Shown one piece after another: positions 10,371 to 23,817 of a stretch of DNA of 64,000 bases. Source of the stretch: Octopus vulgaris (taxonomy: Eukaryota); assembly GCA_951406725.2 (NCBI GenBank), contig OX597824.1, forward strand, positions 1,240,001-1,304,000. The letters run 5' to 3'. The position numbers and the translations under genes are program-made. The stretch's first letter is position 1; every line of letters begins with the position of its first letter. The notes beneath the pieces were generated by a model. That model saw only the letters and a list, made by a program, of their open reading frames with translations. It was not told the origin of the DNA and ran no database searches.

Positions 10371-10815
10371 GGCGATCTTTCGTCTCTAGTAGACCTTTCC
10401 GTCGATTTCCGTAAAAAAAATTTTTTTTTTACATATGGGCTTGCGGGAACTTTTGAAGTAATATACATACATATACACATACATGCAGACATACATATAC
10501 ACATACACCGAGTAAAAAATTTCAGTTATCTCTTTCTTTCACACATTACTCTCTCTGTCTCTTCACACACACTAACAGAAGCACTTCACTTACACAACAT
10601 TCTGTCTGTCTCCCACACCCCATCAAACACACACACACATGTACATCAATGCTCCCATGCACGGTAACTTCAAAAGAATTTCCCTCGTCATACAATCGCT
10701 TCCTCTTAGTCTCTTTCGCTCTCATTACTTCAAAAGTTCCCGCAAGCCCATATGTAAAAAAAAAAATTTTTTTACGGAAATCGACGGAAAGGTCTACTAG
10801 AGACGAAAGATTGCC
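10371..10815. mobile_element. Merlin-like MITE, ~90-bp TIRs, 8-bp TSD
   Basis: Near-perfect TIRs 10371-10460 / 10724-10815 starting GGCGA/GGCAA. Perfect TSD CTCATATT at 10363-10370 and 10816-10823. Confidence 0.85.
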
Positions 10816-10967
10816 CTCATATTTATTATTGTTGTCCTTTGTTTAAGAGAGAACGTGATGTCTAATTGATTTATGGTGAAAAGAAAGTCAGTGAGTAGGC
10901 GGAACCGTTATCATGCCGGTCAAAATGCAATACGACATTTCGTCCGTCATTATTTGTTGTGTTCAAA

Positions 10968-11345
10968 GGCGGCGAGCTGGCAGAATCGTTAGCACGCCGG
11001 GCGAAATGCTTTGTGGTAATTCGTCCGCAGCTGCGTTCTGAGTTCAAATTCCGCCGAGGTCGACTTTGCTTTTCATCCTTTCGGGGTCGATACATTAAGT
11101 ACCAGTTACACACTGGGCTCGATATAATCGACTTAATCCGTTTGTTTGTCCTTGTTTGTCCGTGTAGCCCCCTGTGGGTAGTAAAGAAATAGGTATTTCG
11201 TCTGCCGTTACGTTCCGAGTTCAAATTCCGCCGAGGGCGACTTTGCTTTTCATCCTTTTGGAGTCGATAAAATTAATACCAGTTACGTACTGAGGTCAAT
11301 GTAATCGACTTAACCCCTGCCCCGAAATTGCTGGTCTTGTGACTT
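10968..11345 (+). mobile_element. SINE family A, head plus tandem second body
   Basis: GGCGGCGAGCTGGCAGAATCG (A-box-like) ... GAGTTCAAATTCC (B-box) ... GACTTTGCTTTTCATCCTTTCGGGGTCGAT. The body repeats after GTAAAGAAATAGGTATTTCG. Confidence 0.85.
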
Positions 11346-11644
11346 TATCTTTTACTCATTTGACTGAGGCCATACTGGGGCACTGCCTTGAACGGCTTTA
11401 GTCGAACAAATTGACCCGTTTCTTTTGCCAAACCGCGAGGTTACGAGGACATAAACACACCAGCACCGGTTGTCAAGCAGTGGTAAGGGACACAGGCACG
11501 AAAACACACACAGAGAGCTATCGCGGGTGTTACGTTCCAAGACAACCCGCGATAGGTGAAAATCAGCGAAGTAGAAACAGTACTGTGTTGTAAATATTTA
11601 AAAAATTATTTTATAATTTGTATATGTTTATTTCATTATAGATC

Positions 11645-12035
11645 ATAGGCGTAGGAGTGTATGTGTAGTAAGTAATTTGCTTACGAACCACATGGTTCCT
11701 GGTTCATTCCCACCTTTGGCACCTTAGGCGAGTGTCTTCTACTATAGCCTCGGGCCAACCAAAGCCTTCTGAGTGAATTTGATAGACGGAAACTGAAAGA
11801 AGCCTGTCGTATATATGTATATGTGTCTATGTTTGTGTCTGACTTTGTTCCCCCAGCATCGCTTGACAACCGATGGTGGTGTGTTTACGTCCCCGTCACT
11901 TAACGGTTCGGCAAAAGTGACCGATAGAATAAGTACTAGGCTTACAAAGAATAAGTCCTGGGGTCGATTTGCTCGACTAGAGGCGGTGCTCCAGCCTGGC
12001 CACAGTCAAATGGCTGAAACAAGTAAGAGAAATAA
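11645..12035 (+). mobile_element. tRNA/CORE-type SINE family B (composite with internal microsatellite)
   Basis: GGTTCA-TCCCAC...GGCACCTT-GGC-AGTGTCTTCTACTATAGCCTCGGGCC...GAAACTGAAAGAAGCC then (TA)n then CGCTTGACAACCGATG...GAAACAAGTAA. Many copies in the window. Confidence 0.8.
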
Positions 12036-12056
12036 AAAAAAACAGCGGCACACACT

Positions 12057-12136
12057 CGCCTCCCCTACAGCATGTTTCGCCTCCCCTACAGCATGTTTCG
12101 CCTCCCCTACAGCATGTTTCGCTTTCCATACAGCAT
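12057..12136 (+). repeat. 21-bp minisatellite CGCCTCCCCTACAGCATGTTT x3 plus a degenerate fourth unit
   Basis: Direct tandem copies with no spacers. Confidence 0.9.
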
Positions 12137-12384
12137 CTGCCGTTCTCTGTTTATTCATCGACGCTACTCTACGTATTTTCTTTTAATATCTCCTAATTTA
12201 TGTGTTAAACAGTGCATTATTGCACTGTATTTCCATTTATTGATTTTTAAGCGTGAAAATGCTTTTTACCACAGAAATATTTAAAAATTGGCGGCGGAAA
12301 CCCGTGATATAAATTTACATATATTAGACAGAAAAATCCGCGATGTACTGAGGGTGCGATAGGGGAACCATGATATGGCGATTA

Positions 12385-12466
<82 letters not shown>

Positions 12467-12610
12467 GTTGTATACTGTCAACTTAACGTGACAACTTAAC
12501 AACTGTTTAGCCCTAGGAAGCATCGAACGCTTCCTGTCGGCTTTGACACATTTTCTGTGTCCTTATATTTGTGAAGGGGAGGCAAGCACCCCTACCAGCC
12601 AAGATTCACA

Positions 12611-12657
12611 CCTGAGGACATGCATGTTTCTGGGTCTTAATCCGTCATCAGCCCAGG
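12611..12657 (-). ncRNA. Minimal type I hammerhead-ribozyme-like motif
   Basis: Minus strand CCTGGG-CTGATGA-cggattaagaccca-GAAA-CATGCATG-TC-CTCAGG. 6-bp stem I (one G.U), perfect palindromic stem III ACATGCATGT, GUC triplet, weak stem II. Confidence 0.7.
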
Positions 12658-12840
12658 ATAGTGAGATCTGCTGATTGAGATGCTTGTCCAACCTTCACAA
12701 ATATATATATTTACGGTGAAATCTATTCACTGATCACCATAATCAGAAATATTAAATTTCTAAATGTCTTGACAGTATACAACCACTCTATCGCTCCACC
12801 ACCGCTCTTGTCTCTTTGAGACATTTAGAAATTTAATATT

Positions 12841-12891
<51 letters not shown>

Positions 12892-13128
12892 ACATATGCA
12901 TACATACATGCATATATGTACATACCTACATCTATATGTATATATACATGCATATATGGGTACAGGACACCACAAATAAACGTAGAAGACAACGAGAAAC
13001 GAAAACATAAAATCAAACAAGGAAACGGACATTTTTTAACAACGAAAAAACAGAGTACAAGACAAACAATACAAGGAATATTCCCCTTCATCAGCTTCCC
13101 CTGTTTCGACTGAATGCGTGTTTCGAAA

Positions 13129-13310
13129 TGCGCTTGGCTTAGATATTCCTTTGGGGCTGGCCTGGTCGGAGCAATCTCAAGATTAATCAGCCGAAATTGC
13201 GAGGATTATCCGGTTCTTGACTGAAGATTGAAGGCTTCAAATGTCCCGTCCGTGCCTTTTGTATCATCTTCTAAATGTTTTGCGTTTTGTCCCAGTTTTT
13301 TTTTTACATA
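13129..13310 (+). repeat. Dispersed ~180-bp repeat ending in (TA)n; second copy at 15472-15657
   Basis: GCG-TTGGCTTAGAT-TTCCTTTGGGGCTGGCC...CTTCTAAATGTTTTGCGTT is shared by both copies. Confidence 0.8.
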
Positions 13311-13320
13311 TATATATATA

Positions 13321-14953
13321 TCTCTTATTATAAAAGGCAGATTTTATCTGCCTCCCTTTGGGAGTTATAGAAATCTACAATATAGGATTTCTTCAATTAC
13401 AATTTACCTAGCATTTTTAAGAGTACAATGCATCGCGTCATGCCAGGTCCAGTTTTTAAAATTTAAACTCCAATTAAGCAAAATTTACAGAAAACTCACA
13501 TTCTGGTGTGTGTGTCAAATGCTTTTCTTAGTCTGGTTTACACCACACGCAAACGCACACACATAGTGTGCAACGGATAAAATGAAAGTAAATAGCGACA
13601 GAGTGATTTGAGGAAGACTAAACTGAAAGTATTTAAACCACTACTCAAAAAATAAAAAAACACAGCAAACAGAAACAAATAAATACATAACCATTTACTC
13701 CTCACACAATTTCTTCAATTAGAATTTACCTAAGATTTTTCAGAGTACTTCAGTGGGTGATGCCATAAAAAATTTCTTTCAATTTTAACACCAATTAAGA
13801 CAAAATTCGAGAAAACTCAATATTTTAACATATCACTCCGAAAGCATTGATGTACATGTGTGCGTGCGTGAGTGTGTGTGTGTCATTCCTCACACACACG
13901 CATACACATACATATACAACTACATACAACTACATACACATACAAATACATACACATACAACTACATACAACCACGTGTGTGTTTGTTATTAGTAAAAAA
14001 GGCGCCAAATCACAACTCACTTATCATTCCAACACATTTGCAAAGACACACGGACGGACAGAAAAGGTAAATTGGTTTTTATTTTACTCTGTATATATTT
14101 TATTATATAATATTATATATAGATATATGTATATATAATTGCAGTATGAAACAGTGTTTATGTATAAACAGACGACACTTATATATAGTTATTATAATAA
14201 GAGATTAATAAATGTATGCATCCGTTTAACCCTTTCGTTACCAAGCCGCCCGAATTTACCTATTCATATTTAAATGAGAATATCAGAGCAAATCTCTTTA
14301 GTACATTCGTGAAAACACGTATTATACTTCGTAAACACTTCAACTACAGTTTTGTACAAAAATCGAAGTGTAATTTTAATTCCGTGAATTATGGGAGATT
14401 TTTTTCCGAAATTTGTTCCTATTGTGTTTTCAAAATTTGTAATTCTGACAAAAAATGGATACGAATTTCATTATATCAAGCAGCGAGTCAGAATTCGAAG
14501 GATTTTCTACTGAAGACCTTCATAAATCTAACTCTATGACTGAAAAAAAAAAGCATCTTTATATAAGAGTGAACTTGTGTGGTGTCTGTCTCCTACGATT
14601 TAGATTCCTAACTACTCCCACATTTTGCGGTGCAGTTTAACCAAAAGCGGGTATCTTATAGTCGTGATTCATATCGAGCCCTTCTGGGTATTAGAGTGCG
14701 TCTACGATGAGTCTACGATTTAAAAAAAATTTACCATCATATTTTTCCATTTTAATGCATTTTTTTCGCTTTTATATAAGGGAAGTAACTCTCTAAAAAT
14801 ATCTACGATGTGTCAACGATTTAAAAAAAAATTTACCTTAATTTTTTTTCAATTTTTAATGCATTTTTTTGCTATTTTTTGGCTATAACTCTCTAAAAAT
14901 GCTTATATAGTTATTTCCCTTACAACCCGAGCAACGCCGGGCGATACTGCTAG
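13321..14953 (+). mobile_element. Non-autonomous composite Helitron
   Basis: Starts A|TCTCTTATTATAAAA. Ends with hairpin CCCGAGCAACGCCGGG then CGATACTG-CTAG|T. A second 5'-like end (TCTTTATATAAGAG) lies at ~14556. Confidence 0.75.
14226..14550 (+). mobile_element. piggyBac-like 5' end captured within the Helitron
   Basis: TTAA-CCCTTTCGTTACC terminus, followed by an acidic ORF start MDTNFIISSSESEFEGFSTEDL that resembles piggyBac transposase N-termini. Confidence 0.55.
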
Positions 14954-15824
14954 TATATATATATAGCGACGCCCGTACTCTTTTGGTCTTATATGTAAGT
15001 ACATATTTCTTTAAACTTGGTACGACTCTATGATACTGCCTCTGTCCCCACTCTCCTACATTTCTCTGCCTTTCACACTTTGCACTCCACTTTGATCTCT
15101 CTCTCTCTCTCTCTCTCTTCTACTCCTCCTTTGTTCCTTGCCCCCCTTTTTTTTTCTCTCTTTCATCTGTCACTCTTTTCCCCTCTCTTCTCCTCACACG
15201 TGACTGACTGACCGATTGCTGCCCTTTCGTGTTTAGCAGCCGTCGCGGCAAGACACATTTTTTTCTCTCTCTGCCCTAAGGCCTTTTTCTAACACACCAG
15301 CTCAAAGTTTACTCGTCCTGTCAAAAAGACCCCTGTCTGTGACGTCCTGATTTTGTTATTATTATTATCATTATTGTTTTTACGTATTTTTGTATTCATA
15401 TTCGTGTAACATCGTCCGTTTTTCTGTCCGTGTTTTGTATACATTCGAGGCTTTCTTCCGAGGAATCTAATGCGTTTGGCTTAGATTTTCCTTTGGGGCT
15501 GGCCAGATCGGAGCAATCTCAAGATTGATCAGCCGAGATTGCGAGGATGATCCGGTTCTTGACTGAAGATTGAAGACTTCGAATGTCCCGTCTGTGTTTT
15601 TTGTATCGTCTTCTAAATGTTTTGCGTTCTTGTCCCAGTTTGTATTTTTTTACATATACATATATATATATATATATAGTCAATAATAATAAAGGGTAAA
15701 ATTAATTAATTAATTAGTAATTAATAATTTTACCAATCAGTAGTAGTAGTAGAAATAGCTAAATTCTTTGGCTGCTATTTCTAAAAGTTCGGTATATGGT
15801 AAAGCAAATTTTTTTGCTGAACCC

Positions 15825-15893
<69 letters not shown>

Positions 15894-16625
15894 GATGGGT
15901 TTCTCTCAGTTTCTAAAGGAGAAAGAGAGTCAAGTAGAGAAGAGGGAAAGCAGCTGGTCTTATAGAATTTCGGAATCTGGAGTGTTTTGCAATGTGGCAA
16001 AAGGCTTTAGCAATGGTTTGAGATCTTCTCTAACATATATGCAATCAAGTTCATAAAGAATTCTCATTGGTGGAATATCAAAAATTATTTATTTATTTAG
16101 AAGAGGAAAAGAAACTGGAGATTAAGAAGTTAATAGTTGTTTATTATTAACCGCAAATTTAGCAGACTCGCTAAGCACACACATAACATCCAAATGTATA
16201 TATTTTTTCCTCTGACGCTATCATGCTCATGTCACGTATTGAGTCTGCTGAATCTAGAACGGTATCAAAGAGCTAACCTCTTGAATGTCACCACCACCAA
16301 ATGGGATGGCTTTCCACCGTAATTATCTGGGTGCTCGCAAAATAAATTCTTTACATGTCAGTAATTATCCGATTTGCAATAAACAATATATAGATAAAAA
16401 ATATATCATATTGTAAGTCGAAATTTTGACGAATGGATACTTATATCAGTTGAATAAGTTTAACAACAAATTATCTGAATGTTTCAAGGAAAATAATTTG
16501 TGTAAAGGGAGGTAAATAATATAAGAAAGATGCAAAAGTTCTCTCCCCTGCAAGATATCATACGTTTTCACTTTTTGATTAGGCGATATGCGCCTACGCA
16601 CACACGCACTTGCCCTATCTCTTTC

Positions 16626-16730
<105 letters not shown>

Positions 16731-16888
16731 TTTTCCCCTTTTTTCTTCTTTTTTCATTTCTCTTTTCTTTTGTTCCTTTTCCTTTTCTTCTTTTTTTATT
16801 TTTATTTTTTTATTTTTAATTTAATTTTTTTTTGTTCTTTTCTTCCCTTTTACGATCCCTCTTGATCGAAAACCTACGCCACCCCCTT

Positions 16889-16935
<47 letters not shown>

Positions 16936-16961
16936 CCTGTGTATATGTATATAAGTACATG

Positions 16962-17010
<49 letters not shown>

Positions 17011-17136
17011 TTAATAAGGGTGAGAGAATTAGATACTAATTTAATAGTATACCTATTCAACACCAAGTGGCCCAGTGCCCCGAGAAACCTGGATTATTAT
17101 AATATTTTATAACATATTATAATATTTTATACAAAA

Positions 17137-17436
17137 ATAAATATAAGAGAGTGGTCACTATGTGGCTCATTCTAGCACTAGTAATAGATCCAATAGGTTT
17201 CAACCACAAAAATACATGTTTCCCATGAAATTCAGTACGATTGTTAGCTCACACGAACAGGGCAAATAAAAAATAACAAAAATACAGATTATTTTGGGAC
17301 AATTGTTTCGCTATTTGCCCTGTTCGTGTGAGCTAACAATCGTACTGACTTTCATGGGAAACATGTATTTTTGTGGTTGAAACCTATTGGATCTATTACT
17401 AGTGCTAGAATGAGCCACATAGTGACCACTCTCTTA

Positions 17437-17443
<7 letters not shown>
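17137..17443. repeat. 132-bp inverted repeat with 43-nt spacer, (TA)n-flanked (Penelope-like fold-back)
   Basis: Arms 17137-17268 and 17312-17443 differ at 1 position. The spacer carries GAAACAATTGTC on the minus strand. Confidence 0.9.
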
Positions 17444-17511
<68 letters not shown>

Positions 17512-17643
17512 TGGATTCTATATACCGAGGACGATGAATGAGGGTTCATTAAATAACCTTCAACAATTCCTAAGCCTTGTGACACCACATGTGTACCTTC
17601 CATCCAGCAGCTGTCTTGCACACTTTCTCGCAAATGGTACACT

Positions 17644-17727
<84 letters not shown>

Positions 17728-18599
17728 GAACTTGATGAGATTTCTGGATAGTTGCTAGTCACGTGTGATGTCCTTCAATGGAAATGTTGCAAATTCGATA
17801 TTTTCGGCCTCATCTTGGGGCTTCAGTGGTTCCATTCTTTCTTTTGCTTATAATGTACTTTGTAGCAGCTTCTTGTTCTTGGGTTACACAAGCACAGGAC
17901 TCGGAGTGTAGTCTGCTGTAGCGGTCACGAGTCCAAGAAAGGCTGCTCTTTACGTCGATGTAAATTTTATCTTCGTGAAAGATACCCAAAGTACAACTTT
18001 TGTCTTTGATATGCTGAGCCTTTCACACCCAGGCCTTCTTTGGGGTTTATTAGTCTGCCTGTTCTGGGGCTGACAATGAGGAAGGGGTTGTTTCTTGGGG
18101 AGTTTGCTACCAACACCTGACATATTGTTTACTTCACTTTTCATTATTTGATTTAGATATGCATTTATTTTTTGCTACTGTCGTTTAGTAAGTGCTGTCT
18201 GAGAGTTACTATGCGATATGCGAAGGTTGTTTGCACTCCTCTTCAGGCTCTATCCCCTTCTGTAATATCACTGTTACTTTGGAAGTTTCCTTTTGATGTC
18301 ACGATCTTACGGGTTTTCACATTTATGGAATGGGGTTCCTCCTCAGACCAGTCACACTCCACCACACCACACCCCGTTTTTCGGACCACAAAAAGCGTTT
18401 TGTAGCATACTAGGAGGCCAGGGCAGCTGATTCCACGCAAAAATTCCGATTTTTTTTTCTTAGTGAAAATCGTGCCAGTGTTAATCTAAAAATTTAATCT
18501 AAAACCTTTTTTCCATTCATTTCTGTTTATGAAATTCTCTGTACGTAATTTTGCTTTCTCGGTGGTCAAGGCAAATGATGACTAGAAAAGCAACAGTGC

Positions 18600-20420
18600 T
18601 CTAATGTTGACATTGAATACAACGACCTGATCTACAATAATGCGCTGATTGAAATCGAGCATGCTCTGCTCAAAATGGCAGCATTGAACACATTCAGTTT
18701 GCCATCCTCATTGTGACAGGACGTTAACAAACTCCCACCAAAGTTTCTTCTGGAGTTGTTGTATGGCCTTGCGGAGTACCTGAGAGTAAATGAAGCGAGA
18801 TTGCTCCCTGGTCAGAGGTTGGTGTACGAAACTGTCGTCAGTGCCGTTGAAAAACAGGCGGGCGGCATTCCTCGATGCTCCTGGATGTACCGGTAAATTC
18901 TTTGCTAAGATTCGTCAAGAGGAACAAATTGCGCTGGCCGTTGTTTCCTTGGGAATCGCTGCTAAGTTACTTCCGGGAGGTAGGACGGCGAACTCGGCAT
19001 CCAAGCTGCCTTTATATTTGGTGAGGGCCGAGGTTCCTACTTGCAACATTGGCAAAAATTCAGAGGAAGCTGAAGTTCTTAGACAGTGCTGTCTCATTGT
19101 ATGGGACGAATGCACAATGACCAATATGTGTGCACTTGAGGCACTGGATCGATTACTGAAAGGTATCAGGGATTCTACAGCTTCTATGGGTGGTGTAACT
19201 CTATTGATTTCAGGAGATTTCCGTCAAACCCTTCCTGTCACCTCTAAAGGGAATCGGGCTAATGAAGTGCGCGCATGCCTTAAGTCGTCTACGTTGTGGC
19301 CCCAGGTTAAGACCTTAAGCCTGAGTACAAATATGCGTGCGCACTTGCTTGGTGATAGCACGTCTGCAGCTTTTGCTGAAGACATTTTAGCCCTTGGAGA
19401 AGGCAAGGTCCCTAGGAATGATAAGGGTGACATATCCATCTCTGAACTGTGCAACACTGTGGACAACCCTTCCGATCTTTTGGAAACAGTGTTCCCCAAT
19501 CAGGAAAGTAACTATCCAGACGTCAATTGGCTCAGTGAAAGAACCATCCTGAAACTCCAAAATGTAACTGTCAGTGCTATCAACGACCAGCACATAAGCC
19601 GAATTCTGGGTGAGGAGCGCGTCTACAAATCAATTGACCGGACCCCCAAGACATTATCAATTATCCTATCGAGTTTCTCAACACATTGTAGCCAGCAGGG
19701 CTTCAACCTCACATTCTTAGGCTAAGGGTTGGATGCCCAATTATGCTAACCAGAAACTTGCTTCAGCCTAAACAGTGCAACGGGACCCGTTTAGTAATCT
19801 AGTCCCTGGCGCCCCACTTGGTTGAGGTCACCATTGCTACAGAGTGCAGAAGGGGTGAAAATGTTTTCATTTCAAGGATGCAGATTTATCCCAAGGGGTC
19901 AATCATGCCGTTTAACTTCCGCAGATCGCAGTTTCCGGTGAGACCATGCTTCGCCATGTCCATCAACAAATCTCAAGGCCAAACACTTATCGGTGGAAGG
20001 CATCCATTTGGGGTTTTCCATTCAATCTGGATAAGAAATTGATAAACCGATTCCTTATAGGATTTCTCAATAAAATTGGCTACACCCCATTTTCAGCCAT
20101 AACTTTTACCAATTTTTGACATATTTTGCTCAAGCTTGATGCCAGCATTACTTAGGACTCATGGGATCTTAGAATGGTTTAAGTTCTCAAAAAAGACAGA
20201 AAAAAAAAAAAAAATCGACGGGTGGAAATAATCGATAAACCGATTCCTTATGCAATTTCCCAATCAAGTTGCCTGCAACCCATTTTAAGCCAAACGTTTA
20301 CTAATTTCAATCGATTTCTCTCAAATTTCATTTCGGTGTCACTTATTCTGGTTTGAAACAAAGCACTTGATCACTTAATAATCCTAACTTAATCTCGGCC
20401 AACGCCGGGCTATACTGCTA
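18600..20420 (+). mobile_element. Helitron 3' half: degenerate PIF1-family helicase plus 3' terminus
   Basis: FLDAPGCTGK (Walker A relic), IVWDECTM, GDFRQTLPV, LSLSTNMR and QFPVRPCFAMSINKSQGQTL, broken by frameshifts and stops. Ends CTCGGCCAACGCCGGG-CTATACTG-CTAG|T at 20420. Confidence 0.92.
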
Positions 20421-20421
20421 G

Positions 20422-20477
<56 letters not shown>

Positions 20478-20763
20478 GTGTGTATGTTTGTATGTATGTG
20501 TGTTTGCGTGTGTGTGTGTATTTGTGAGTGTTCGTAATTGTCCTTCGATTTAACTTCCAAACTAAAACTGAAAAAAACAAAAACAAAACAAAACGAAACA
20601 AAAAGCAAACAAAAAGCGATTCTCTTTCCGTATTCTTCACGACACGGAATCGAGTCTTCGAACTTCAGCTCTCTTTGATTTCCAATCTGACCGAAATAAA
20701 TTTCCTGTTTTCGTCACCTCCCCAATATACTCTTCACCCCCCCCCCACACGCATGTATATGTG

Positions 20764-20801
<38 letters not shown>

Positions 20802-21155
20802 TGTGTGTGTGTGTGTATGTATAAAGTTTTTCTCTGCCTTATTTGGATTGTATGTATAGACACTTTTTCTCATTTTCTTTTTATATTTTTCCTCCTATGT
20901 TTTTTAAAATTTATTTTTCTTCCTCAACTACACTTTTTCCTTTACAACGAAGTTCATTTAAATGATACGTGCCGAAAAGAATGATAAAATAAGGATGTGT
21001 TGGTATTATTATTATTATTATTTTCTTCTTTTTTGCAATCTATTAACAGTACGTTTGATATAATAACACTGTGAAAGCTGGAATAGTGAACTGCGTGAGA
21101 AAAGCAAAAGAAGCCGAAAGGAGAAAAAAAATAACAAATAAACAAGATACATCAA

Positions 21156-21195
<40 letters not shown>

Positions 21196-21246
21196 ATTCT
21201 ATATATATATATATATATACACAATTCTCTCTATATATATACACAC

Positions 21247-21277
<31 letters not shown>

Positions 21278-21419
21278 CATACATGCATATATATACATAA
21301 ACATATATATACATATATATATATATACATATATATACATATATCATATATGCACACATATAAATATGTACATATATTTACATACATATAAATATATACA
21401 TGTATATATATATATATAT

Positions 21420-21555
21420 ATGTAATTTGCTTACCAACACCTGGTTCCGGGTTCAGTCCCACTGCGGAGACGTTGGGCAAGTGTCTTCTACTATACTCTC
21501 GGACCGACCAAAGCCTTGAGTGGATTTGGTAGATGGAAACTGAAAGAAGCCCGTC

Positions 21556-21591
<36 letters not shown>

Positions 21592-21820
21592 GTATGTATG
21601 TGTGTATGTGTTTGTGTGTCTGTGTTTGTACTCCCTACTATCGCTCGACAACCGATGTAGGTGTGGTTACGTCTCCGTAACTTAGCGGTTCAGGAAAAGA
21701 GACCGATAGAATAAGTACTAAGCTTACAATGAATAAGTCCTGGGGTTGATTTGTTTGATTAAAAGCGGTGCTCCAGCATGGCCACAGTCAGATGACTGAA
21801 ACAAAAAAAAGAATAAAAGA
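21420..21820 (+). mobile_element. SINE family B copy
   Basis: Homologous to 11645-12035. Confidence 0.8.
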
Positions 21821-21841
21821 ATATAGGTATATATATATATA

Positions 21842-21891
<50 letters not shown>

Positions 21892-22196
21892 TGGACGATT
21901 GGTAAATGCTTTCTATTCCTTGAACATATTATTTAAGCACATATATAAGCGCGCACGGTCCCAAACGCGTACTAACACGCATGGATATACGCTCATAAAA
22001 TTCAAAATATGCTCTGGTTTTATAATGAAAGCAAAAAAAGTATCTCATTACGTGTTGTGGGACGGATTTATATCGAATTTGTTTGCTTCGTGATTTAAGT
22101 TTCACGCTTCTGCAATCTTGGCGCGAATTCTCGCCTGAAGATCGTGGACTGTAACACCAACGTAGCCATACAAAGAAATTACACACACGCACACAG

Positions 22197-22335
<139 letters not shown>

Positions 22336-22352
22336 CATCCATCCATCTATCC

Positions 22353-22419
<67 letters not shown>

Positions 22420-22463
22420 CATCCATCTATCTATCTATCCATCTATCTATCTATCTATATATA

Positions 22464-22516
<53 letters not shown>

Positions 22517-23389
22517 ACACATACAGAGGCACACATGGAACTTTTCAGAACAAATCTGTAGGAATCCATGATGGTCCTCTTGAGGACCCTTGTCCTCAGT
22601 CACCTAAATTACAGCTCCCATCTATGGTCATCATACTGTGTCTAAGTAATGCCAGAACTCGAAGCAATCCAGCGAAGCTACACAAAATAGATCGTCTCAA
22701 TACAACGTGTGTCAGCCATTAGGAAAGGCTGAAAATTTAAGACTCTACACAGAACGAGGGCCGGAAGGATATGCAGTTCTATGCATCTGGAAGATCCTGG
22801 AAGGACTTGAACCAAACGTTAGTATTGGAAGTTATACAAAAACAGAACCGGGGTACCGCTGCATTGTATAAAAATTCCCAACATCGTTATTAAGATGTAG
22901 GACTTGACCTACCTGGGGTGGATGTAGATTTTTTCAAGCATAACTAGATCTGCTCCCGTCAAGAATTATGGATAAACCTACATGGCGGAAACACAACTGC
23001 GGGCAACAATATCAAACTCCCTCATTCACCAAATGACACACATCAGAAGAGGTTTCAAGTAATGAGTCTGTAGCAAAACCAGCAATACCACCCGCTCTCG
23101 TACTGAAACTACTGAAAAAAGGAACAGAATAAAGACAAAATACACAAACAGACAGACAGACAGACACACGCACGCACACTCACACTCACACTCACTCACC
23201 CCAGCCACACACACACCACATAAATACGTAAATATTTGAATATATCCTGTTTTTTTTCATTCGTCCATAGACGCATGTATATGTGCTATTAAAACTACTC
23301 TGTGCCTATGAAGCTCGTAGTTACACAGAATGAAGTATATACAAATGCAAATGCAATCATATTTAGACACATATGCATACATACATACA

Positions 23390-23452
<63 letters not shown>

Positions 23453-23817
23453 GTTTGCATATACCCTCATATATACATATATATTTTAATGAAAATATGA
23501 GTGGAATCTACTTTTTTCCATACTGTTTATCACTATCGTTAATAGCCTCTCCCAATGGGTGGTTAAAATAACTCACAAATGAGACTTCGTATTTCAATGG
23601 AAAGTGTTCCTTTAGCATTGATATCCCATGGGAACATTCTAATTACTGAGTTCCATTATATCTTTCTTAAATATAATCCGAATAAAAGTTGGTTCACTCA
23701 AAACTGTTTGTGAATATTGCGTATTTGTGAGGTTTACAGTATTAGGTTCGTCATGGGGGCATTCGTTGATACGGTTTCATGTCAATTCCACAACGTTTCT
23801 ACCAACGAATATTCTCT

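Larger units (their letters stand above)
11513..12389. mobile_element. pogo/Tigger-like MITE relic interrupted by a SINE B insertion
   Basis: Right end ...GCGATTACTG-TA (CAGT terminus plus TA). ATCGCGG/CCGCGAT subterminal motifs occur on both sides. Contains a 21-bp tandem repeat at 12057-12136. Confidence 0.5.

Noticed and set aside
12057-12136. 21-bp direct repeats as a possible CRISPR array
   Set aside because: No spacers, eukaryotic context and no cas genes; it is a minisatellite inside a DNA-transposon relic.
13083-13195. Hammerhead motif at CTGATGA (minus strand, ~13088-13094)
   Set aside because: The CTGATGA box is not followed by GAAA and the stems cannot be closed in a valid topology; at best a rearranged relic.
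18790-20042. Host PIF1 helicase gene
   Set aside because: Intronless, broken by frameshifts and stops, Walker A degenerate, and followed by a Helitron hairpin-CTAG terminus.
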